NCBI GenBank assembly: GCA_050084985.1
Contig: JBITNC010000002.1
Location: forward strand, 3,596,001-3,660,000
Length of the DNA: 64,000 bases
Source of the DNA: Nageia nagi
Lineage: Eukaryota; Plantae; Pinophyta
Direction: 5' to 3'
The notes below the pieces were generated by a model. It had not been told where the DNA came from and did no database searches. It saw nothing but the letters and a program-made list of their open reading frames with translations. Of this stretch, positions 1 to 10,627 are shown piece by piece. Numbering within the stretch: position 1 is the first letter of the stretch; every line of letters begins with the position of its first letter. A program made the translations under genes and the position numbers.

Positions 1-590
1 ACTCTATTCTTTCAAGAAAGCAAACATCTAAATCTATAGGCAGCAAATGGAGAAGATGCAAAGGAGAGAGGCATGTAGGAAGATTGGAATAAAAAAATAG
101 TATAAAGGTTTTGAAAAAAATATTGTAGAAACTTCCCTCCTTTTGAAATACATGCTAATATAATTTTTGTAAAGGAAATGTAGTCTAACATTTCTCAATA
201 ATTTTGTGTAATAAAAAAATATTATTATTTTTTATTTTAAAAAAAATTATAGAAGAAAAAATGCAACCTCTATTTTTATTTTAGCCCCTCTTTAAAAAAA
301 ATTGTATATTATCCTCTTAAAAGAAAATATATCAATGTATTAAGCAAGTTTTAAAAAATGCTACCAACATAAGAGGTTAGTATATATATAATTGCATTAT
401 ATTGTTATTTTGACCATATTTTGCAAATAAAAATAACTAACACATCTCACAAATATGTTAGTATCTTTAGAAATAGTTCAAAAAATGAAGAAGGGAAGGA
501 TATTATACCTTCACAATTCTTTTACCTCAAAAATATGATCTTCTAAGATGAAGAGTCTCCAAGGATGCGAAGATGAGCCTTCAACATCAA

Positions 591-1104
591 GCTCTGATAC
601 CAAATGAGAGAATTGAACTATAACATGAACAACTCTAAACTCCCAAGATCACATGAAAGTTCATAATACACATCTAATAAACTCACAAAGCAATCTCACA
701 ATGTAACACAAGATGTAAGTGGTTCCTCCAACTAGGAGTACATCCACTAACTAGATCTTTACTTCAATCACAAATACAACTCTCTTACAATCCTCCTAAT
801 CTCAACTCTTAAACACTATCCTCTAGCATAACTTTACTCCACAAATTAGTTTTTAATCACAAAGAAGGAGCCTTTTATTTATAGGCCAAAATCCCTCTTT
901 GGATCACCCTTTTATCCAATGTACAAGAGCATGACATGCACATCCTTTTACCCAAGGAGCATGCTCATGACATGGAGTGTAGGACAAGTTACATTATCGT
1001 ATTCACTTAAATACTTAAGGTATCAAATGATACCTTTAAGTATTAGTGAATTTACAAAGAGGATTAATACAAACCTTTACAATAATGCATTATACATTCC
1101 AACA
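591..1104 (-). mobile_element. 5' LTR (605-1104) plus tRNA-iMet PBS (591-602) of an LTR retrotransposon whose internal part lies to the left
   Basis: gctctgatacca at 591-602 is the reverse complement of the PBS TGGTATCAGAGC. The segment starts tg (605), ends ttccaaca (1104), and is homologous to about 9380-9885. Confidence 0.8.
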
Positions 1105-1834
1105 AATAGAACCTAACAGGTTCATCACACACAAACTCACCAATTTGAGTAATGAGAAGTCATAAGAAAGATCACATGGCAAGAGGGAGACCTAGGAACT
1201 CAACCCACATCGAGACAACTAAGGAAACATAATCATTAACTAAAAAACCCCTAGTCCAAGGTTGAAAAATTAAAAGGGTGCTATGAATATAGCTTAGCCC
1301 CTTCTCAAAAACTTTTTTTGCCTATTTACGATCAGAAAATTGAAAAAAAAACTGTTGGTAAGGTTTTGGACATGATCAACCTGAATGCCATAAGGACGCT
1401 AATATTGATCAATCTAGGTCTTAAGAACTACATCTGATAGGATGCAACCTAGGAAATACTCGATGAGGGTATGAAACTCAAGCCAAGAACATGCAAGATG
1501 AAAATCATTCTAAGGGATTATAATATTATGAGATGTATCACCTCGTTTTACACCTTAGGAAAGAATTTCTAAAGATGCTTCACCACGGGTACCATTGCTT
1601 GCTCTTATAGCTTCAGCAAGTGAAGCTACAGAATGAGTTTGAGATATAATAAAATACCTAAATACACCCTAGGAAGATTAAATACAAAAATCAATCGGGA
1701 TACAGATAGCCTAAATCCTACACACTCTTTGAGAGAGTCAATAGTGTGACACATGCTAGGAAAAACCTACGACATGCTACTCTAGTTTACTCTCCTCAAC
1801 TCCGACGCTCTCAAGAATTATAGATTAATTTTTG

Positions 1835-2230
1835 TCACTAACAAGATTTATGATTAAATGTCAACATTTAAATACTATCAAACCTCTTCCTCATAAGGAA
1901 AAATAAATATATTATTTCTTATCCATAATGTTGTTGTTTTTTAAATCAATAAAACATATCTCTCTTTCAAAATAAATATTGTCGGCAACTAAATTAATTT
2001 AGGTCATGAGAAGGATATGTTTTTGTATTCATTATGAGTATAAAAAGCTTAATAAATTTAAATACGCAAGTCCGTATATACCTAAACCTGAAGGCTTTTA
2101 TGCCACGCGAAAAGCAAATGCATGCATTACCACGTGACTTTGTCTTCTCCAATATGACTTCTGAAATCATGCATAATGCTCTTCCACGTGGGACCCATGG
2201 AAGGTCGAATCCCTCTCTTTAAAATGCCAA
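1835..2230. promoter_or_regulatory. Duplicated non-coding module, copy 1, with G-box/TCP composite, RY-like and extra G-box motifs
   Basis: Aligns by eye with 6693-7075. Exact shared 27-mer TCTTCCACGTGGGACCCATGGAAGGTC at 2180-2206; also CCACGTGA (about 2129), ATGCATGCAT (about 2118) and CCACGCG (about 2103). Regulatory function is inferred. Confidence 0.5.
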
Positions 2231-3589
2231 GACATTTTCCTCTTAAATATAATTTTGTACGAAATATTTATTAATATGATATAACATCAGTTAGCCTTTG
2301 ATCTAGTAATTAATTCAGTCTTATTTACATGTTTAAGAACAATAAAAAGTAAACTTGTTTATCTTAAATTTTAAATATTTATTGAATTTATATGGATATT
2401 AAATGTAATACGTTCATCCAATCTATTCATTTATAATATATTCTTTCAATTTTTTTATATATTGATAGGTGATTTTTAGAGGGAGCAATAACCTTTTTAC
2501 ATTGTCAATTTATCTTGCATTTTCAATTATAGCTCAAATAAAAAAAATATTGTTTTTACTAGTAATAAACTATTAATATCAATTATGCTTGAAGGTGTCT
2601 AAACTACTAAGCATAGTCTAAAATAAGGCAAAAAAAACTCCATATCAACTTATACTCATCCTTTTCATCCTTGAAGTGTATCAGACAATATTACGATATT
2701 ACGGAGACTCTTAAAGCTTTAGCTTCTCGTACACAAATTCTTGGACTTTATTCATGTGTGATATTATGTTATTCAGCTTAGACAACAACATTCCACATAA
2801 CAAGCTAATCTTCCTCAAGAGCATACACTTGTCGATTTTAAGCTACGTTAATTTGCTTTTGATAAACTCGTAAGGTTTATCGTTAAACATGTCAACTGAT
2901 CAACGATAACTTATAAGATAATTATATGTTTCAGCTAATAACTTTCAATTATTTTATTAAATTTTTATAAGTAATAATACTCTTAAAAATAATAAAGAAA
3001 TAAAATAAATATTTTTCATTCATAAAATAAATTAAAAAATATTTTTTCATAAAATAATTAAAAATTATGATAAATATCAATGAACTCAATTTTAATCGTT
3101 ATATTAAATATAAATAATATACCTATAATTTTCATCATAAATTAATAGACCATATTTAAAAAATATTTTATATTAATTCATATTAAAAGAGTTAGCAAAT
3201 AAATGAATATTGAAATATCTAACTAAAGAAGATCCACTTCAAATCTCTCAACCTTGATATGAAGATAAAGAAAACCCTCCAAATATCATAATTACAACAT
3301 CTTAACCAAAAACACATCTCAATGATGATTTCTTACAAAAATCTCATTCACCCTTCTAGATCTTTTGTGTGATTGATTAAGTGTTAAAAGTCAAAAAAAA
3401 AAAAAACGTTTACACCAACTTCTCAAATTCATAATTTAACAAACCGAAGAGGACAAATTTGTCCTTGTAAGTTGTTCAACTGCTCTGCCTTCCTGCCAAA
3501 CATGTCTCTTAAATGAATTGGTAGCCCTAAATAAAACAATGTATGAAAAGGGTAACGAAATTCCTACCTAATTTGACCTTCGCTCTCAA

Positions 3590-3850
3590 AGCAATCCACC
3601 AATGGCAACCTACCACCATGATGACGTGGAGATGGGCAATTGATTTCCCCTTGTACGGACCCAAAGGGAAAACATTTAAATGAGCTAAAACTTAAAATAT
3701 GAGGTACAACGCACATGGGAGAGATCAGTTTCAAAAAGTTACTTGTAATTAAAAAAGTTTTACGCAAAGGTAAAGTACGTACGCATGCTTTATTACCACT
3801 CAAACACTCTATTTTTACCACATTTAAAAAGTCATTTCCGGGCATGCGAT
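3590..3850. promoter_or_regulatory. CpG-retaining patch with ABRE-like TGACGTGG and GCATGC motifs
   Basis: atgacgtgga at about 3621-3630, gtacgtacgcatgc at about 3775-3788 and ggcatgcg at 3841, in otherwise CpG-poor DNA. Confidence 0.3.
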
Positions 3851-4026
3851 AGGGTAATGTGATAATATTATAAATTTAAAAAATATTATAAACTATAAAA
3901 TAGAGTTTATTTACTAAATATGATTACATTTTATATAAACGTGATAATATTTTATGGTTTATAATATTTTTTAAATTTAAAATACATAATTACTAAATTA
4001 AAAAGTTATTATTAATTTTTTATTTT

Positions 4027-4046
4027 ATATATATATATATATATAT
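4027..4046. repeat. (AT)n microsatellite
   Basis: Run of tatatata seen directly. Confidence 0.9.
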
Positions 4047-4867
4047 TTTTAATTTTGTAAAAATAAAAGGTATATATCTATTAAAATAATATTGGAGTTA
4101 TGAGTTGTAGTAAATCAAACGGTCAAATAACTCATATTAATATATACAAATATTTGCTTTGCCTCTTTCATTCCCTCTACTGTGTTCAACCCCTTCTCGA
4201 CTCAAGGATGATGATATGTCCATCAAGGCTTGATAATGCAAAGATGATATGACATGAATATGCCCATTAAGGCTCATTAATGTTTTGAGCGTCAAAATAT
4301 TGCCCAACTTTGAAAGGTAAATTTTGGAGTATTATAGAAAATGTTGCCCTCCGTAGACTATATACAATGATGGACCATCTACACATGGATTTATAAAGAT
4401 GCATTACATGGCTATATTGGATTGACAACTTTAGACATATGATTTAGATATAAATTTTTTTTCGTATTCCTTTATGATTATGTGTTAGCAAGAGAGAATT
4501 CCAAAAGAAATCCTAATAAAAACTTAATTGTATGAAAAATAACCATTGAAATACTTAATTAATATATTTTAGACAAATTTTAAAAGATCCTACAAACTAT
4601 CAGATTTAAAAAAAATTTAAATGATTTATCATATCTTTATCTTAATATTATTGATTTCTTATATAGAATATTTATTTTTGTATTTGTTACTACTATATAA
4701 AGTATAATATTATTTTTCTATTGAATTCCATATATTTATGTTAGATTTCATTTTGCGATAAATTATTTCATTATAATAATCTTAATTCTTATAAAATAAT
4801 TTAAAGGATGTATCCATGATAAAAAAAAACAAAATAATATATATATTGACAATAAGTTAAATAATAC

Positions 4868-5560
4868 ATTAAAAAAGGAGTTGTGGAGCAATCAACGGCA
4901 TAGGCTGGTTCCTCGTGTTGTGGAGCAATCAAGTACGGTCGATGTGATCTGCCATTGATGATCCACAGGAAGAGTGCATTAAGCGGGAGTGACTCTGGGA
5001 TCAAATTTGCAGGGCTGGGGAAATTTTCTTTTGCAGAGTTTTAAATATTTTAGATTTCTATATTAAAAAAATTTGTAGGGGTTGAATTAAAATAGTAAAG
5101 AAATTTTTTTAAACATGTCCTTCAAATTGAAGGATATATGTTTTTTAATACTTTATTTGCAGGAAAAAGCGGCTATGAAGGACACTGGAGCGTGCGCCCC
5201 GCCGCCGCAGGACGGTTAGTTGGGTTCTGCCAAATAGTTCGTTAGTTGACTGCCAAAGCCTGGAGAGACTCTCTGCCACTGATTGCGCTGCCCGAACACT
5301 CCATTTGACTCCACCCCCTCTGCAAATCATACCCATCACCAGAACTCTAATCTAACCCTGGTAAGAACACGGTAACTGGTAACTAATCATGTGACCACAG
5401 GCTCAGGCTCAGGCTCAGCTTTTCTGTGTCCCCGCCATGTGAGAAGGTTCTGAACTGTAAGGACACGTGTAGGTGCAGGCCACCTCTTTGTCGGTGGTGT
5501 GCTCGGGAACATGGGCTGCCTGTCTCGTCTGGTTTTTCTTCTTCCGAGTTCCCACCACAT
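4868..5560. promoter_or_regulatory. GC/CpG-rich, motif-dense island (putative distal enhancer or orphan promoter)
   Basis: Sharp GC rise. GTTGTGGAGCAATCAA twice (4880-4895, 4917-4932); MYB-like GTTAGTTG twice; TGTCCC (5427), TGTCGG (5489), TGTCTC (5521); CACGTG (5464); (CAGGCT)3 at 5398-5415. No credible ORF. Confidence 0.5.
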
Positions 5561-6011
5561 AATTTATGCATTGTAGTGGTTATTTATACCTAATAAAATT
5601 CAGGTTTTCTAGTTGTATATGTGATAGTTTGTCTTTCTATCATTTGCCTTATCCATTTATGTTAGGAAAAATTTATATTGGTTATCCAACTTAAAATTGT
5701 TTGAAATTTTTTGAGGAATAATAATTAAAAAAGGAAATTTATTATTAGAATATTATTGATCTAAAATTTAAACATTTGTTTTTTTATATAATATTGGTGT
5801 TTTTAAAAAAGAAAATAATGATTACAAAATTGAGAATTAATTTATATATAAATGATATTTGAGCTAAAAAATTGTTAATTTTTGTAATTTAAATGTCATA
5901 AATGATAAGATCTGTTTTTTATTTATTTGTTCAATTAGAACTTGAAATCTTAAATCAAAATAAGCTTGAGAAATTTATTATGAATTTTAATCTTGTTCAA
6001 AATAATTATGA

Positions 6012-6180
6012 TTTTTTTTTAATATATAGATGATAAAGGGCATCATTTATCTTAGGCTTCATTTATGATAGGATTTTAAATATATGTTTTGGGGAGGAGA
6101 CATTTGAACCTGGATCTCTCTTTTTCCACTTGAGAGTTTTAATAACCCACTTTCTCACCAACTCCCCTCACCATTGCTGG
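6012..6180 (-). mobile_element. SINE-like element, copy 1
   Basis: Reverse complement aligns with 7140-7225 (gggagtt...ctctcaa.tgg...ca.gttcaaat). B-box-like GGTTCAAAT; T-run at 6012-6020 is the A-tail on the minus strand. Confidence 0.55.
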
Positions 6181-6692
6181 TAAAATGATTTGAATTGATT
6201 TGACAAATTCTAGTGACTAATTGAATGTAAATGATGATAAAAAAACATCATCATTATTTACATAAGAGAAAAATACAATATATTCAATGTACATTTAATC
6301 TAATTTTAAAACTAAAACAATTTTAATAATTAAGTGGATAAATGATATATAATTTTTTATAATAATTAAATGAAATATATAATATAAATAAATAATAAAT
6401 TATAAGGTTAAAAATTATGATATTTTTTCTTTTGCAAGTGAAATTGTTGATTATAATTAATTGTTACATATGTATAAATTAAGAAATTTCTTTAATAAAA
6501 AAAATCAAAATTATAATAATATATTTATTTTTCAAAAAATAAATTTAAATAATTATAAAAAATAACAATATAACTATTTAAAAATGCTTGATAATACTTC
6601 AATTATATAACCAAGAATAATATTCTTTTGATTTGAAAAAAAAATTAATTTACATGCAAGTTGTCATACAATTTTATTCATTTTGAATTTAT

Positions 6693-7075
6693 ATTACTAA
6701 CTAAATTTATGAATAAATCTCAACATCTAAATGCTTCCAAAACCTCTTCCGCGTCAGGATAATGTTTTTTTTTCCAAATCAATAAATAAAAAATATTTCC
6801 CTTTCAAACCAAAATTCATACTCAGTTTTTAATTCCCTTGTTCTTCACGACAGAGTTGTTGGAGTTTTCCCTAAAGCGTAATAAATAACCCCGCCACTGC
6901 ACATCTCTTTTGGACACGTGGAGGACTATCGGGCATTTTGCCTTCTACCCACTTGATGTGCCATGTGACTTACACGGAGTTATACCTAGTGTGAAATGAC
7001 TTCCATAAATACAGGATAATGTTCTTCCACGTGGGACCCATGGAAGGTCAAACCACTCCCTTTTCAATGCCAATC
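6693..7075. promoter_or_regulatory. Duplicated non-coding module, copy 2
   Basis: Homologous to 1835-2230. Exact 27-mer at 7023-7049; extra GACACGTGG at about 6913. Confidence 0.5.
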
Positions 7076-7134
7076 TTATGGAAAAAAACCTCGTAACTAT
7101 TCTTATATTCATTAATTTATACAAAAATTGAAGT

Positions 7135-7297
7135 TAGATCAGCATGTCTAGGGGAGTTAGAGAGAGGGCTAATGAAATCTCTCAAATGGATAATGAGAAG
7201 TTTCAAGTTCAAATCTTTTCCCTTAGAACATATGGATATGTGACATATAGTGAGTGTCCATTACCCTGCACAAACTTGTAACCTCATTAAAAAAAAG
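7135..7297 (+). mobile_element. SINE-like element, copy 2, with A-tail and TSD
   Basis: ATTGAAGT flanks both sides (7127-7134, 7298-7305). A-run just before the right copy; B-box-like AGTTCAAAT; homologous to 6012-6180. Confidence 0.6.
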
Positions 7298-7335
7298 ATT
7301 GAAGTCGCATTCTCCATGTATATAAATAAAATTAA

Positions 7336-8015
7336 GGGAAAATTATCAAATATTCTTATAATTTATTACAAATATTTTTATTTAATTTTTTAATTATGAA
7401 AATATCTCTATCATTTTTTAAAGAATATCAAAATTAAAATTCTTACAAATCTAATCTATTGCAGGCATAATGGGTATACGATTTTCACAACTCCAAAAAT
7501 GAATTGATGTCTCACCCGAGACTTAAGATCCTTTTCGATGATAATTCGAGAATTCTGGATGATGATCCTTATGCCTTTAGAAGTGGATACGTGTGTTGAG
7601 GTGGTGATAACATTATCCTACCCAATCAATGGCACTTGCACCATGATAATACTATTTTGGATTATTGTAGTAGCGTTGCTGAAGATGAAATCTATGGTGC
7701 CAGAAATTCACAGTGGAATTGATGGTTGTAAAGGTTGCAAGAGGAGTCCTAGTAGCCAAAGATGCTTACGCGGTAGAGAGCTAAGAGGTTTCCAGCAATG
7801 AGCATCACGATGGCTTAGGTTATAGAGTCTACCATGTTTTCAATCAACAATTCCCTAACTATGAATTTGTTGCATTTTGCCTGCAAAGGATTGGATTTAT
7901 AATGGTTTCACTTTTGACATTTTTTAAAAGGTGATAAGGGTATTTTCATAATTTTGAAAAAAGTAGGGGTATTTGTAATTATGATAAATTATAGGGGTAT
8001 TTTGGTAATTTTCCC
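7336..8015. mobile_element. Non-autonomous Mutator-like element (Pack-MULE)
   Basis: Imperfect TIRs of about 135 bp starting GGGAAAATTA and ending TAATTTTCCC. 9-bp TSD TAAAATTAA (7327-7335) vs TAAAAATAA (8016-8024). Internal gene fragment. Confidence 0.85.
7510..7820 (-). pseudogene. Captured pectin methylesterase (pectinesterase) fragment inside the Pack-MULE
   Basis: Manual translation: *AIVMLIAGNLLALYRVSIFGY*DSSCNLYNHQFHCE / frameshift / ISGTIDFIFSNATTIIQNSIIMVQVPLIG*DNVITT...GIRIIIQNSRIIIEKDL. This matches the PME motifs QAVAL, GYQDTL, RQFYREC and GTVDFIFGNA. Confidence 0.85.
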
Positions 8016-9379
8016 TAAAAATAATAAATTTTTAAAGATACTAGAATGTTTACAAAGAGCATTGCTATTCAAGGGAAGGGTTTGAAGTATTTACAAAAAT
8101 AAAATATTATTTAATTTTATTATAAATATTTTTATAATCTATAGTAATAAAAATTGTAAGTTGATTTTATTCTTGTGTTTATTCATGCTTTTCTAATTAA
8201 TATTTTTGTTAAGTATAATCAATATTCTTTATGTGAATAATAATAGGTAATAAAATTTATTAATCTCAAATCCAAGGTTTTTGATATAATTTTGTATAAA
8301 ATATTTAATAATAGAATGTGACATCACTTAGTGATTAATTCAATGTTATTTAGTTGAGATACTACATTGTTTAAGTGCAAATTTATACATAAGACCTCCA
8401 CTAATACTAGTTTGACCATTTCCTTCTATTAACGTATTACTCCTATTTGGGGGAGAGGGTCAAAGCATAATCAAGACTCTTTTAGCTCTCACTCTAATGG
8501 CAATAGGTCAATTCATTGACAACCTTCACTAGGAGAAACCACCTAGGTCCCCCAACAAACTTCTTGCATCAAGCATGACACACCTATTATCGGTCAACAT
8601 CAAGGATCCTTATCTTTGTTGTCAAGACAATGTAAATAATTCTTTATTACCACTTTCATCACAAATATTAGCAATCCATCAACCTTGAATACTAGGAGCG
8701 ATTCAATATTGTAATTCTAAGATTTGGGTTTAGTGATAGTCATACCTCCCCACCCTTATGTTTATTCATTTATCTTAGTTAGCCTTTTTCTATGAGAAAT
8801 TTTCCCCTGATTCCCTTCTATTTCTTTGCTTCTACCCTTCAGTCCCTTTGACCTTATTAGTCACCCATGGACATTAATATAATTATCTTAGTTTGTGAAA
8901 AAAATTAATTTTTTTATTGATAATTTTCTTGGATCATCATTTTTCATTGCTTTTTTATATACACAAAAAATTAAACCCTTCATCATAGTCTTATAAAATT
9001 CACAAGGAAATCCATCAATACTTGTTTCCTTATCACAAACTAATGCAATTTTGAAGAGTCTTATATAAACTAATTCTGAAATTATAGTGCATAAATGAAT
9101 TAATAAAAAATATCACAATCTCACAAACATAAGGAACACATGAGATTTACCCTGATTCATCCAATGTAGGCTACTCCAACATATCAAGAGCTTCTCCTCT
9201 TGATATATTATTGCTTTCAATGAATAATTCATGAAAAAATAGCTCATTACAATGAATATATAGGAAAACCCTTAACCCTAAACCACAACATGGTATTATA
9301 AATCCATGAGCTAAACTACCCATCCTTGTACTAAGACTAAACCTTGGAAATTCTACCAACGCCATGTGTAAATAGGCGA

Positions 9380-9885
9380 AGTTAAGGGATTGAACTATAA
9401 CAAATACAATCCTAATTGCCCAAGATAATATGAAAACTATCTCAATCAATAAGACACTAAAGCATAAGCATTCTCACAAAATCTAACTCAAGATGTAAAG
9501 TAGTTCCTCCAACTAGCAATACATCCACTAACTAGATCTCACTTCATTCACAAAGATAACTCTCTTACAATTCTCATACTGCATCTCCTAGTCACTATCT
9601 TAGAGCATAACTTTACTTCACAAATTGGTGTGTAATCACAAAGAGGGGGCCTTCTATTTATAGGCTAAAATCCCCCTTTGGATAACCCTTTTAACTAATG
9701 TACAAAGGCATGACATGCTACTCCCTTTTACCCAAGGGGCATGCTTATGGCATGGAGTGTAAGATAAGTTACATTATCATATTCACTTAAATACTTAAAA
9801 TATTTAGTGATACCATTAAGTATTAGTGAATTTACAAGGAGGATTATTACAAAACCTTTACAATAATGCATTATACATTCCAACA
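9380..9885 (-). mobile_element. Solo LTR of the same family as 605-1104
   Basis: Colinear homology over about 500 bp, ending cattccaaca. No PBS or PPT adjacent; TSD not recognisable. Confidence 0.75.
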
Positions 9886-10627
9886 CAAATCTCATGCGGG
9901 CCCATCGAGGTAGGGGCCTAATGTATAATACCTCCTTTCTAAATGATGAGCCATATCCAACAAATTCTTCAATAAAGAAGAGATAGTTGCAAGCTACATT
10001 TTGGAGATTTAAATCATGATTAAGATCATTGCCATGCATATATCTAATTTAGCTTGATGATCTTCAATGAATGGATTTGTTATAAAAACTTATTTTAAAT
10101 AATAAAATAACTTTGATAAAATAAGATATTTTATAAAATAAATATTATCTGTTATCAAACATATATTTAGGAGGTCTAAATTAGAGGTTGAAGTCTTTAA
10201 ATATTATTTGTTATCAAACATCATACAAATACGATGTGGAAGAGTGATAAGTATACAAAAAGTAAAGTGTCAAATATAATAAATCTACGTGAGGTAGAAA
10301 GTATACATATAGAGAAGTCAAGGGACTCTTTCAGTATTTATGAGCAAAAAAACTCTTGACGTTACAACCAAAGAATGTAACCCTAGTGGTTTTAGCAATA
10401 ATGCAATGAGAGGTAATTCTTCTAAAGTCTTCAAGGTTCATGTGATGCTTTTGATTTGTAGTTTTCTACAATTCAAAATAAAATGTGATAAGTGTGTAAC
10501 TTGTTATTATCTAGGTTCTATTGATAATTACTTTCTATCTAAGATAGGTGGCTTTTTTGATATTGAGTGTGAAGTATTTTTTATCCTTGTAATTCATCCA
10601 TAAGTTTAAAGTTTATGAACCTTTGAA

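Noticed and set aside
1202-1213. AACCCACATCG resembling the plant snRNA USE element
   Set aside because: No TATA at the expected distance and no recognisable snRNA downstream.
5345-5362. CTAACCCT as a telomerase RNA template within the GC island
   Set aside because: Not the plant CTAAACCCT template, and no USE plus TATA Pol III promoter at the right spacing.
7538-7801. 87-aa plus-strand ORF
   Set aside because: Antisense shadow of the captured PME fragment.
605-9885. The two homologous LTRs (605-1104 and 9380-9885) as the ends of one element
   Set aside because: The PBS lies left of the first LTR on the minus strand, so its internal domain extends leftward. No PBS, PPT or pol lies between the two LTRs, and no shared TSD was seen.
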